From NCBI GenBank assembly GCA_017624905.1, contig JAGAMD010000008.1:20440-84439 (forward strand): a DNA stretch of 64,000 bases. The letters run 5' to 3'. The notes under the pieces were generated by a model that did no database searches, was not told the DNA's origin, and saw nothing but the letters and a program-made list of their open reading frames with translations. Source of the DNA: Clostridia bacterium. GTDB lineage: Bacteria > Bacillota > Clostridia > Oscillospirales > CAG-272. Positions 9,101 to 18,686 of this stretch are shown here, in pieces. Both the position numbers and the translations under genes were made by a program. Within the stretch, counting starts at the first letter, position 1. Each line of letters begins with the position of its first letter.

Positions 9101-9130
9101 CAAAAAGAAAAAACGCACAAAAAGTGCGTT
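9101..9130 (-). terminator. Rho-independent terminator of the ABC-F gene
   Basis: ACGCAC/GTGCGT hairpin followed by a T-run on the minus strand. Confidence 0.65.
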
Positions 9131-11034
9131 CATCTTAATTTAGTTTCTATTTCGTCAATTTCGGTAAGAATCTCAAATTGCTCGTTTTCAAGATTTTCAA
9201 TTTCTTCGTTTAGCTGACAAAGACGAACATAGTCGCTAACAACTGCATCGCTTTCAAGCTCAGTCCTTTTCTTTGAAATCTCATCTTCAAGCGATGTCAT
9301 CTTTTCATTCAGCTTTAATAGACGCTTTTCCATTTTTGATTTTTCCTTACCGGCTAAGAATGATTCTTTACCTTTTTTAGGTGCTTCAGCCTTGGCAGTG
9401 GTAGTCTCAATATCAACCGTTGGCAAAGAACCCTCATTTTTCTTTGCCATATATTCATCATAGGTATAATCATAAAATGTTGCTCTGTCGCCTTCAAAAA
9501 CAAGTAGCTTATCAGCTAGCTTTTTAACAAAGTATCTGTCGTGAGATACAAACAAAATAGAGCCATCAAATTCCGAAAGCATATTTTCAAGCGTTTCCTT
9601 GCCAATCATATCCATATGGTTAGTTGGCTCGTCAAGAATAAGTAGGTTTGGTTTTCTTTGTAAAATCTTACATAAAGCAAGTCGCACTTTTTCGCCACCG
9701 GACAGCATATCAACAGTCTTGAAAGCATCATCCTTTGTAAACATAAATGCTCCAAGAGCACGTCTTGCGTCAGTTTCGCTAAGAGAAGGGAAGGTATCCC
9801 AAAAATCATCAAGCACAGTTTTGTAGCTGTTATATTGAGCCATTTGTTGATCAAAATAGCCGATGTCAACCTGCCAACCGAAGGCAAATTCACCGCTTAT
9901 TTTGGGGATAGCACCAATAATAGTCTTTAAAAATGTACTTTTACCAAGACCGTTGCCACCTATAATGCCGATGCGTTCTTTTTTATATTGCTTAAAATCA
10001 ACCTTGCAAAGAGCTTTGTCATATCCTATTTCAAGATTTTTTACAGTTAATACATCCTTTCCGGTTTCACGGTTAGGAGTGAAGGATGCGTGAAAGGATT
10101 TTGTGTCAAATTTCTTAGGCTCTGCAATTTTTACCATATGCTCAATTTGCTTCAATTTTGAGTCAGTCATAGCTACCTTTGTTGGTGTGCCTCTAAACTT
10201 TTCAATCAAGGTGCGGAGTCTTGCTATTTCTGCCTGTTGCATATTATATGCTTTGAGATTTTGCTCATAATTAGCTTCCTTAGTTGCAACAAATTTAGAG
10301 TAGTTACCTGTATATCTTGTAGTTTCGCCATATTCAATCTCGTAAACAACCTCGGCAACACGATCTATAAACATTCTATCGTGAGAAACAATGCATACCG
10401 CCTTTTTGTAGCTCTTTAAATACTCCTCAAGCCATTCAACAGAGCTTATATCTAAGTGGTTAGTTGGCTCGTCAAGGAGCAAAATGTCAGGCTTTGATAA
10501 AAGTAGCTTGATAAAGCCAAGCTTAGTAAGCTGTCCGCCGGAAAACTCGCTGAGCTTTTTGCTTTTATCATTAAAAGAAAAGCCGAAGCCCGTAAGTAGC
10601 ATATTATATTCTTTTTCGTAGTAATAGCCACCATCACGCTCAAATCTTTCGTGAAGCCTTGTATATTCCTCAAGACAGTCTAAGCTATCACCCTTTTCAA
10701 TTTGCTTAAGTAAATAATCAAGCCTAGCCTTCATATCTAAGATAGGAGTGAAGAGCTTTTTTATTTCCTCGTCAACAGTAATATCTAAATTACTGAATGG
10801 ATTTTGCTTTAAGTAACCAATTTCAAGCTTATTGCTTTTAGCAATAAAGGATTCCTCGCCTTCAATTTTTGTGAGCTCAACCTCACCGGAAATCAGCTTA
10901 AGTAGAGTAGTTTTGCCGGAGCCGTTGCGACCAACTATTGCAATTTTTTCATTATCACGTATTTCAAAATTGATTCTCTTTAAAATTAAATCAGCACCAA
11001 ATTCAACGGAGCCATTTTTAATTTGATATAGCAT
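9130..11034 (-). CDS. ABC-F family ATPase (translation-associated, two NBDs, no TMD)
   Basis: Two Walker A motifs (GRNGSGKT, GGNGLGKS) and two LSGG signatures, with an ~80-aa interdomain linker and a C-terminal coiled coil. Start moved to MLYQIK (GGGAGAG SD). Confidence 0.85.
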   Translation of the reverse strand: MLYQIKNGSVEFGADLILKRINFEIRDNEKIAIVGRNGSGKTTLLKLISGEVELTKIEGEESFIAKSNKLEIGYLKQNPFSNLDITVDEEIKKLFTPILDMKARLDYLLKQIEKGDSLDCLEEYTRLHERFERDGGYYYEKEYNMLLTGFGFSFNDKSKKLSEFSGGQLTKLGFIKLLLSKPDILLLDEPTNHLDISSVEWLEEYLKSYKKAVCIVSHDRMFIDRVAEVVYEIEYGETTRYTGNYSKFVATKEANYEQNLKAYNMQQAEIARLRTLIEKFRGTPTKVAMTDSKLKQIEHMVKIAEPKKFDTKSFHASFTPNRETGKDVLTVKNLEIGYDKALCKVDFKQYKKERIGIIGGNGLGKSTFLKTIIGAIPKISGEFAFGWQVDIGYFDQQMAQYNSYKTVLDDFWDTFPSLSETDARRALGAFMFTKDDAFKTVDMLSGGEKVRLALCKILQRKPNLLILDEPTNHMDMIGKETLENMLSEFDGSILFVSHDRYFVKKLADKLLVFEGDRATFYDYTYDEYMAKKNEGSLPTVDIETTTAKAEAPKKGKESFLAGKEKSKMEKRLLKLNEKMTSLEDEISKKRTELESDAVVSDYVRLCQLNEEIENLENEQFEILTEIDEIETKLR

Positions 11035-11168
11035 ACTACTCTCCCTTCGCAAAGCATTTTAATTATTCTAACACATAATAATAAAAAATGCCAATAATTT
11101 TTTAATTCTATTGCAATTTAATATAAAAATTGATAAAATAAAATACATAAAAACGCAAGGAGGTAAAA

Positions 11169-11927
11169 ATGGAAGCTCAAAATGTCAAGAAAAGATACTA
11201 TATAATTGATATAATAAGAGCAGTAGCAATTATAAACATGATTGCATACCATTTTCTCTTTGATTTATATAATTTTGGCATAATTGATTGGTTTTTTGAA
11301 CCGCCAATGGATGCTTGGCAACAATGTATCTGTATAACCTTTATTTTTGTATCAGGCTTTTCGTTTCAATTGGGAAAAAAGCAGTGGAAGAGAGGACTAA
11401 TAATTCTAGGGTGTGCCGCGACTCTTTCTTTAGTAACCCATATAATTGATTTAGTTGCACCGGGCACAAGAATTTCATTTGGAATTTTATGCTTTATGGC
11501 AAGTGCAATGCTGATTACTATTCCAATCCACTTGCTTGTAAAAAAACTAAAATACGCACACTGGATAGGCTTTTTTGCATCGTTGTTGATTTTTATACTC
11601 ATACGAGGAATAGATTTAGGAACAATAATATTTGGTTATGTAAAAATGCCTGAATTTTTATATGCAAACTATTTTACAACATATTTAGGCTTTGCTCATA
11701 ATGGCTTCTATTCAGCTGACTATTTTCCGATTTTGCCTTGGATTTTCTTATATCTAACAGGCTATTTTGCATTTTCTATCTTAAAACAATTAGACTTGCT
11801 AAAGTATTTATCAGCACTTAGAATAAAGCCACTTGAGTTTATCGGCAGACATACATTGCCAATTTATATGGCACATCAGGTGGTGCTTTTTCCAATAGCA
11901 TTTATCATAGCACAAATTCTGTCTTGA
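11169..11927 (+). CDS. DUF1624 (heparan-alpha-glucosaminide N-acetyltransferase-like) membrane protein
   Basis: Polytopic membrane protein with N-terminal motif IDIIRAVAIINMIAYHFLFD, typical of the DUF1624 acyltransferase-like family. Confidence 0.65.
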   Translation: MEAQNVKKRYYIIDIIRAVAIINMIAYHFLFDLYNFGIIDWFFEPPMDAWQQCICITFIFVSGFSFQLGKKQWKRGLIILGCAATLSLVTHIIDLVAPGTRISFGILCFMASAMLITIPIHLLVKKLKYAHWIGFFASLLIFILIRGIDLGTIIFGYVKMPEFLYANYFTTYLGFAHNGFYSADYFPILPWIFLYLTGYFAFSILKQLDLLKYLSALRIKPLEFIGRHTLPIYMAHQVVLFPIAFIIAQILS

Positions 11928-11986
11928 AAAAACTAAAAATTAATGTTATAATAAATTTACTTATCAGCAGAGAAAAGGGGGATAAA

Positions 11987-12811
11987 ATGAGAAAAAAAGG
12001 TTCATTAATTGCTAAAATAGTCCTATCAGTGTCTATTTTTGCATCAATTTGCTTTTATCTAATCAATATTTTTGTGGCTCATACATCCCCGTTCAAATAT
12101 CTTTGGATAATAGCCATATTTGATGTTGTTTGTGCAATTATCATAATAAAGCTAATTATGGACGACTATAAGGAAAAGCTTGAAAATGCTGAAAACAAAT
12201 ATTCTAAGGATATTGTAGGCGCGTTTGATGGCGAGGATAGAATCAAAAGACAGTTACTTTTAGCAATCTACTATTTTAGCCAAAATAAAAATCAAAAATC
12301 AAATGAAATATTGAAAAAGCTCGAGTCAAAGTGCACAAAAGGCAGTGATTATAAAGCAGTTTTACTTTTTCAAGCACTTAATTATACAAACGCCGGACAA
12401 GAGATGCAAGCGATTTTCACTTATGAAAAGGCTGTAAAAAGCGGATATGCAACATCCAATATGTACAACAATTTAGGTCATTTATACGCTAAGTCACAGG
12501 ATAGCATACAAGCACATAACAATTATGATTTAGCTATTTATATCGATGCTACAAATTTTGTTGCTTATCATAATAAAGCACAGCTCTTCTTTAAGGATGG
12601 CAACAGTAAAATGGCAATAGAGCTGCTTAAAAAATCTCTTGAAATCAACCCTGCCTATCGTCCAAGTACAACACTTTTAGCGGTAATATACGCATTGGAG
12701 GGAGATAGCAAAAACGCACTTGAATTCAAGGGTAAGGCAATTGAAAACGGTGAAAATCCTTCAAGCATCGACAGATTGATTTTTTATTATAAAAACCAAA
12801 AGCAAAGCTGA
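11987..12811 (+). CDS. Membrane-anchored TPR-repeat protein
   Basis: Start at MRKKGS (GGGGG SD). Two N-terminal TM helices are followed by TPR-like repeats (...YNNLGHLYAKSQDSIQAHNNYDLAIYID...). Confidence 0.65.
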   Translation: MRKKGSLIAKIVLSVSIFASICFYLINIFVAHTSPFKYLWIIAIFDVVCAIIIIKLIMDDYKEKLENAENKYSKDIVGAFDGEDRIKRQLLLAIYYFSQNKNQKSNEILKKLESKCTKGSDYKAVLLFQALNYTNAGQEMQAIFTYEKAVKSGYATSNMYNNLGHLYAKSQDSIQAHNNYDLAIYIDATNFVAYHNKAQLFFKDGNSKMAIELLKKSLEINPAYRPSTTLLAVIYALEGDSKNALEFKGKAIENGENPSSIDRLIFYYKNQKQS

Positions 12812-12815
12812 ATAT

Positions 12816-12845
12816 AAGGGTGCGTTTTACGCACCTGTTTTTTTG
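12816..12845 (+). terminator. Rho-independent terminator
   Basis: AGGGTGCG-TTTTA-CGCACCT followed by a T-run. Confidence 0.75.
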
Positions 12846-12995
12846 CAATGATAAATTCACAAAAAATTAACATATCGATGATTTTGTTTAAATTTACCAA
12901 ATAATTTATCTTAAAATACTTTAATTCACCTTAAAAATTTTTATTTTAAAATAATCGTTAGGGCTTTTTTGTGCAATTTTCACAAAAATCTAACA

Positions 12996-13011
12996 TTTTT
13001 TTTTTTTTTTT
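12996..13011 (+). repeat. T16 homopolymer tract
   Basis: Counted directly: 16 consecutive T, ending 7 nt upstream of a TTGACA -35 box. Confidence 0.95.
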
Positions 13012-13018
13012 GTTAAAC

Positions 13019-13047
13019 TTGACAGTTTTCCACATATATGTTAATAT
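13019..13047 (+). promoter_or_regulatory. Near-consensus sigma-A promoter of the 960-aa surface protein gene
   Basis: TTGACA (13019-13024), 17-nt spacer, TAATAT (13042-13047). GGAGG SD at 13080-13084 and ATG at 13089. Confidence 0.55.
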
Positions 13048-13088
13048 AAATTATAATAATGCGTACAACGCAATATTTTGGAGGAAAT

Positions 13089-15968
13089 ATGAAAAAGAAA
13101 CTATTTTTAATTACTTTAATGGTGCTATTATGCACAATGCTTATGACTGCTTTTGCAATAACAGTATCTGCTACCGATGGCATTACTGTAAGATACTGTT
13201 GGTTTAGCGAAAGCACTTGTGCAACCATTACACCAAATGAAGATGGCACATATACCTTGAGAGATACAAAGCTTTCAAACGATGGCACAGTCACTCTTGC
13301 TGATGGAACAACAGTTGCAAAAACATTCTATGGTTGGTTTGATAAAGAGGGAAATCTTTATGCACCAGGTGCAACAGTAACTTTCACAAAAGACACAGAT
13401 CTTTTCGAGGCATATGGTACAGAAGTAACTACGGCTGAGGATTTAGAATCTGTTATATCCACTTGGAAGGATTCCTCATATATCAAATTAGGTGCTAATA
13501 TTACTACATCAAATGATATTAACGGCAGCTGGGATACTACGATCATTGACCTAAGTGGTTATAGATTAGAGATAACAACTGATAAGGCAGTTGATGTTTC
13601 ACGTGGCTCTTTTATGTTAGTTGGTGAGGGTGAGTTCGTTCACAATCCAGAGACTATAAGCACTAAAGCTGATGCGACTCTTTGTAGTTATTCATACAAT
13701 GGATATGGTGCGGGAGATCATCCACAGTTCTTTGTTGTCGGTAAAGATGTCAATTTAACAACCCCTTATTATTTAGTTCGCGTTGATCAAGCTTTAAACA
13801 ATTCTCCAAGAATGCATATTTCTGGAACAGTAAAAGCTAAGGGCATTATAAGAGCAGGTGTAACAACAAATGCAACAATTAAAATATATCCAAGTGCAGA
13901 TATAACATTTACTGGCACAGATGTGTTTAACTTCACAGATGAATCGGGAACTCAATTGTATGCAACTATTACATTCGATGGTAAAATTAAGACAGAAGAT
14001 CCAAACGCAAGCTTGTTTAAAGATTTTCTAATGACAAACAGATTTGAAATAAATACAATAACAAGCGGAGAATATTCAGTTTCAGAGACAGATGCAGAAC
14101 GACTTGCTATGTTCTTGCCAGAAACATTAATGTTATATACTCAAACAGATGAAGACGGAACTGTTTGGTATAAAATAAAGGAAGCGGATTGTGTACACGA
14201 GTGGGTGTTTAATGAAGAAGACTCTATTTCTGCGACCTTGACATCAACAGGTATTGATGTTTATGATTGTTCTAAATGTGGAACATCAAAGCAATCAGTA
14301 GCAATTTATAAGCCAACAGAAACTGAGGTTACTATCACAGCTCTTCAAAATGGAGAAAAAATAAATTACACAGTTTTAGCGGGTGAAGTGTATGAGTTTG
14401 ACCTTGATGGTGTCGGAACAACCGCTTTGTGCTATATTGCATCTTTAAAAGACACAGCGGACTTTCTTGCAAGTGAAATAGTTGGAATTGAAATTCCAGC
14501 GGGAGTAAGCTTCTTCGAAGGCATAGCAAACGATAATATTGAAAAAATTACAATTCAAGATGGTACAGATGTAGAAATATCTGTTTTAGATAACATGTCT
14601 GCTTTGAAAGAAATTGAAGTAAAAGCATCTACAGTTCTATTTGCAGGAATTAAATCTAAGACACTTGAAAAGATTATATCTGAAACAGTAGGTGCAGATG
14701 TTACATTTGGTGGTAATGCTTTCAGCTCTCTTGCCAATGTAAGTACACTAAAAATGTCAACTGGAAGCACATATACTTTTGATACAAACTGTTTCCAAAA
14801 ATCGGGCCTTACAGAGGTTGTTTTCCCTGATGATTCAGTTATTAACTTTAAAGGAGATGCTGCATTCTACGGATGTCCAAACCTTACCTATGCTTATTTT
14901 GGAAAAAATTGCATTTCAGACAAAAAGATTTGCAAAAAACCATTTGACTGTGCATACGCACTTGAAACAGTAGTGCTTATGGATATAACCTATATTGACC
15001 AATATGTATTCTGCTGTAACGGTAATGCAAATAGCACAGCAGATCACAGAGAAGGCAAGGGTGGTTATTCAGAGCCACTAAGAGTGTACCACCATGGCGA
15101 TACTATTAGTTTAAACGTAAATGCATTTGTCAACAGATCAGTTTTAGGTGTTGAGTTCTATACACTTTCAAGCCTAGCTTCAATGTCAAACTGCAAATAC
15201 ACAATTTACCAAGGCTTGCCACATAGATACACCATTGAAACAGTTGAGGAATCAACATGCGCAACACAAGGAACGGCTGCATACGTAACTAACTGTCCAT
15301 GTGGTACTGATTATAGAACAAGCACATATACTGTAATTGATTCAGCAACCTCTACCACAACCGAGAATGAAGCATTGGGAACAGAGCTTATTTCGTTACC
15401 ATTATCAACTGAACATGTTATGGGTACTGACATTGCAGATGTAATTTATGCAAACTATTTTGAAAACGGTACAATTTACTACTATTGCTCAGTATGTAAT
15501 ACTGCAAAGATAGCAGAGCAAGAGCCAAGTGCTGCACCAATCTTTTCAGCAGCCGGATATTCTTGCTTTGAGGAAAACTCAGCTGGTGGCATTTCATATA
15601 CCATTAGAGTAAATCACGATGCACTGGAGTTCTTTGAGACCAACAAGGGTATTGAACTAGTATATGGATTAGTTGTAGGAGCTCATAATGATGGTAGCCC
15701 AGTTGTTGACAAGGATACAGTAGCTGATGGTGTACTGATGGCAGATATGACTAAAACCGAATACACAAAGCTACAATCCAAGCTTATTGGAATTGATTCT
15801 GAAAACGAAACAACTGCACTTAATATGTGTGCATATGTGATTTTAGATAACAAGGTTAGCTATCTCTCTGATACACAAACCTATGATTCTGCACAACCTA
15901 TTACCTTGCAAGGTATTAAGGAGCTTGCAGATTCACAATTGGAAGCAACAGTTCCATCTAAGGAATAA
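13089..15968 (+). CDS. Secreted surface protein with degenerate BspA-type LRRs, Cys4 modules and a family-specific C-terminal domain
   Basis: Signal peptide MKKKLFLITLMVLLCTMLMTAFAITVSA. LRR_5-like repeats (GVSFFEGIANDNIEKITI...). Cys modules (EESTCATQG...NCPCG). The C-terminal ~145 aa are homologous to the C-termini of the 54711 and 49637 gene products. Confidence 0.7.
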   Translation: MKKKLFLITLMVLLCTMLMTAFAITVSATDGITVRYCWFSESTCATITPNEDGTYTLRDTKLSNDGTVTLADGTTVAKTFYGWFDKEGNLYAPGATVTFTKDTDLFEAYGTEVTTAEDLESVISTWKDSSYIKLGANITTSNDINGSWDTTIIDLSGYRLEITTDKAVDVSRGSFMLVGEGEFVHNPETISTKADATLCSYSYNGYGAGDHPQFFVVGKDVNLTTPYYLVRVDQALNNSPRMHISGTVKAKGIIRAGVTTNATIKIYPSADITFTGTDVFNFTDESGTQLYATITFDGKIKTEDPNASLFKDFLMTNRFEINTITSGEYSVSETDAERLAMFLPETLMLYTQTDEDGTVWYKIKEADCVHEWVFNEEDSISATLTSTGIDVYDCSKCGTSKQSVAIYKPTETEVTITALQNGEKINYTVLAGEVYEFDLDGVGTTALCYIASLKDTADFLASEIVGIEIPAGVSFFEGIANDNIEKITIQDGTDVEISVLDNMSALKEIEVKASTVLFAGIKSKTLEKIISETVGADVTFGGNAFSSLANVSTLKMSTGSTYTFDTNCFQKSGLTEVVFPDDSVINFKGDAAFYGCPNLTYAYFGKNCISDKKICKKPFDCAYALETVVLMDITYIDQYVFCCNGNANSTADHREGKGGYSEPLRVYHHGDTISLNVNAFVNRSVLGVEFYTLSSLASMSNCKYTIYQGLPHRYTIETVEESTCATQGTAAYVTNCPCGTDYRTSTYTVIDSATSTTTENEALGTELISLPLSTEHVMGTDIADVIYANYFENGTIYYYCSVCNTAKIAEQEPSAAPIFSAAGYSCFEENSAGGISYTIRVNHDALEFFETNKGIELVYGLVVGAHNDGSPVVDKDTVADGVLMADMTKTEYTKLQSKLIGIDSENETTALNMCAYVILDNKVSYLSDTQTYDSAQPITLQGIKELADSQLEATVPSKE

Positions 15969-15971
15969 TAG

Positions 15972-16005
15972 CAAAAAAGAGCCGTAAATTTCACGGCTCT
16001 TTTTA
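15972..16005 (+). terminator. Rho-independent terminator
   Basis: AGAGCCGT/ACGGCTCT hairpin followed by T4. Confidence 0.75.
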
Positions 16006-16011
16006 CTTGAA

Positions 16012-16044
16012 AAACAAGAAAACAGCCACAGATGTGGCTGTTTT
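16012..16044 (-). terminator. Rho-independent terminator of the HAD gene
   Basis: CAGCCACA/TGTGGCTG hairpin with a T-rich tail on the minus strand. Confidence 0.6.
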
Positions 16045-16707
16045 TCAGTCTAAAAAGCTTGTGTTATAGTTGTCTTTTTCATAAAGGAAATAATCGCAAA
16101 GGGGTACAATTTCTTCTGTTGGTACAACAGTGTTTTTATCCTCAATACCAATAACCTTAAATCCACTTTTGTGAGCGGTATTAATTGCATAGTATGCATC
16201 CTCAAAAACGTATGTTTCATCTTTTGATGTTCCTAAATTTTTAAGAGCTACCTCGTAAATTAAAGGGCTGTTTTTGTCCTTTCCAACTATTGTTGTAGTT
16301 AATACCTCGGTAAAGTAATCAATAATACCAAGTCTTGTTAATACTAAAATAGCTTCTTTTTGCTCAGTAGCAGTGGCAATACACATTTTTACTCCGTTTT
16401 GCTTGAATTTTTCAAGCATTTCAAGTGCTCCCGGCTTTAATTCCACCACTGTTTTATATCTTTCTGCAATAATATCGTGCATTGCACTTGAAACCTCTTC
16501 GTAGGTTTTGTTTAGCCCGTATTTTTTATTGCAATATTCGGTAAAACCGATTATTCCCACGTGCAAAACACAGTTTTCCTCAGTATCCTCAAAATCAATC
16601 CCCATACGTTCAAGATAATCTATTCCAACCGTATTCCAGTATTGCATGGAGTTGAGTAGAGTGCCGTCCATATCAAAAATAGCACCTTTAATCTTCATTT
16701 TTATCAC
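16045..16707 (-). CDS. HAD-superfamily hydrolase (beta-phosphoglucomutase-like subfamily)
   Basis: Motif I FDMDGTLLNS. ~220 aa with a cap-domain layout. Confidence 0.75.
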   Translation of the reverse strand: MIKMKIKGAIFDMDGTLLNSMQYWNTVGIDYLERMGIDFEDTEENCVLHVGIIGFTEYCNKKYGLNKTYEEVSSAMHDIIAERYKTVVELKPGALEMLEKFKQNGVKMCIATATEQKEAILVLTRLGIIDYFTEVLTTTIVGKDKNSPLIYEVALKNLGTSKDETYVFEDAYYAINTAHKSGFKVIGIEDKNTVVPTEEIVPLCDYFLYEKDNYNTSFLD

Positions 16708-16814
16708 CTCATAGGGGTATTTTACAGTATAAAAAATAAAAAGTCAAGAAAATACTTGAACAATTTCTTATAATATGATAAAATAAAGTGAATTTTTCCG
16801 AAAGGATATTAAAA

Positions 16815-18632
16815 ATGGCTGACAAACAGAAAAATATTAGAAACTTTTCTATAATAGCTCATATCGACCACGGTAAAAGTACACTTGCTGATAGAATACT
16901 TGAGTATTCTAACGCTGTTGCCAAAAGGGAAATGGAGGAGCAGCTCCTCGATAATATGGACCTTGAAAGGGAGCGTGGCATTACAATTAAAGCTCGTGCT
17001 GTAAGAATTGATTACAAGCACAAGGATGGACAGGACTATGTCCTTAACTTAATAGACACTCCCGGCCACGTTGACTTTAACTATGAGGTTTCACGCTCAC
17101 TAAACGCTTGTGAGGGTGCACTTTTGGTTGTAGACTCAACACAAGGCATTGAGGCACAGACACTTGCAAACGCTTATCTTGCTGTTGATTGCGACCTTGA
17201 AATCGTGCCTGTAATTAATAAGATTGACCTTCCATCTGCTGATGTTGACAGAGTAAGAAATGAAATTGAAGATATAATAGGTATCGTTGCTGAGGATTGT
17301 CCTGCAGTATCTGCTAAGGTAGGACTAAATATCGACCAAGTGCTTGATGCAATTATTGAAAAAATTCCTGCACCAAAGGGAGATCCAAGCGCACCACTAA
17401 AATGCTTGATTTTTGATTCACATTATAACTCATACCTCGGCGTTGTGGTTTATGTGCGTGTTATGGATGGCACTCTTAAGGCAGGAGATACAATTAGACT
17501 AATGAGCACAAATGCAAGGTATGACGTTGTAGAGGTAGGACACTTAAACGCATTTGGACTTCAAAAGGCAGACTCTATTTCTGCCGGAGAGGTTGGCTAT
17601 ATTACAGCTAGTATTAAAACCGTTTCAGAGACACGAGTTGGAGATACTGTTACTCTTGATGACAACCCAACAGACGAGCCACTTGAGGGCTTTAAAGAGG
17701 CTTTACCAATGGTGTTCTCAGGTATATATCCGGCAGATGGAGCTAGATATAACGACCTGCGTGATGCGCTTGAAAAGCTACAACTAAACGATGCTGCCTT
17801 GTCCTTTGAGCCAGAAACCTCAATAGCTCTTGGCTTTGGCTTTAGATGTGGCTTCCTTGGACTTTTGCATATGGAAATTATTCAAGAAAGGCTTGAAAGA
17901 GAATTCAATCTTGACCTAATTACAACAGCCCCAAGCGTTATTTATAAGATTACAAAAACAAATGGTGAAACTATAATGGTAGATAACCCATCAAATTATC
18001 CACCGGCTGATACAATCAAAACAGCATATGAGCCTGTTGTAAAATCCAGCATTATTACCCCAACTGAGTTTGTAGGTGGAATTATGGATTTGTGTCAGGA
18101 TAGACGAGGTACATTTAAGGATATGAAATATCTTGATGCTTCTCGTGTCGAGCTTCACTACATTATGCCGCTTAATGAAATAGTTTATGACTTTTTTGAT
18201 GCACTAAAGAGTCGAAGCAAGGGATATGCATCACTTGATTATGAGCTTGCCGGCTATGAGGCAAGCAATCTTGTTAAGCTTGACTTCTTGCTAAACGGTG
18301 AGATAGTCGATGCTTTGACATTTATCGTTCATACTGAAAAGGCATACACAAGGGCGAGAAAAATAGCAGAGAAGCTAAAGGACAATATTTCTCGTCAGCT
18401 ATTTGAAATTCCAATTCAAGCAGCGATTGGCTCTAAGGTTATTGCTCGTGAAACCGTAAAAGCACTGCGTAAGGACGTACTTGCAAAGTGCTACGGTGGT
18501 GACATTACAAGAAAGAAAAAGCTTCTTGAAAAGCAAAAGGAAGGTAAAAAGAAGATGCGTCGCTTAGGCTCGGTTGAGGTAACTCCTGAGGCGTTTATGG
18601 CGGTACTCAAGCTAGATGATAGCGAAAAATAA
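16815..18632 (+). CDS. lepA: Translation elongation factor 4 (LepA)
   Basis: G-domain motifs [15 protein letters not shown] and DTPGHVDF. ~605 aa with the LepA-specific C-terminus. Start moved to [11 protein letters not shown]. Confidence 0.95.
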   Translation: MADKQKNIRNFSIIAHIDHGKSTLADRILEYSNAVAKREMEEQLLDNMDLERERGITIKARAVRIDYKHKDGQDYVLNLIDTPGHVDFNYEVSRSLNACEGALLVVDSTQGIEAQTLANAYLAVDCDLEIVPVINKIDLPSADVDRVRNEIEDIIGIVAEDCPAVSAKVGLNIDQVLDAIIEKIPAPKGDPSAPLKCLIFDSHYNSYLGVVVYVRVMDGTLKAGDTIRLMSTNARYDVVEVGHLNAFGLQKADSISAGEVGYITASIKTVSETRVGDTVTLDDNPTDEPLEGFKEALPMVFSGIYPADGARYNDLRDALEKLQLNDAALSFEPETSIALGFGFRCGFLGLLHMEIIQERLEREFNLDLITTAPSVIYKITKTNGETIMVDNPSNYPPADTIKTAYEPVVKSSIITPTEFVGGIMDLCQDRRGTFKDMKYLDASRVELHYIMPLNEIVYDFFDALKSRSKGYASLDYELAGYEASNLVKLDFLLNGEIVDALTFIVHTEKAYTRARKIAEKLKDNISRQLFEIPIQAAIGSKVIARETVKALRKDVLAKCYGGDITRKKKLLEKQKEGKKKMRRLGSVEVTPEAFMAVLKLDDSEK

Positions 18633-18638
18633 TAAAAC

Positions 18639-18667
18639 GGGAGGCTCTCGACCGAGCCTCCTTTTTA
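18639..18667 (+). terminator. Hairpin terminator/attenuator between lepA and hemW
   Basis: GGAGGCTC/GAGCCTCC hairpin followed by T5. Confidence 0.65.
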
Positions 18668-18686
18668 AAACAAGAAAGGAGCTATA

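Noticed and set aside
9130-11034. The ABC-F protein as an antibiotic-resistance (ARE) ribosomal protection factor.
   Set aside because: The domain layout and ~80-aa linker are equally compatible with housekeeping ABC-F paralogues. Nothing in the sequence or its context (no mobile element, no leader-peptide attenuator that I could see) supports a resistance call.
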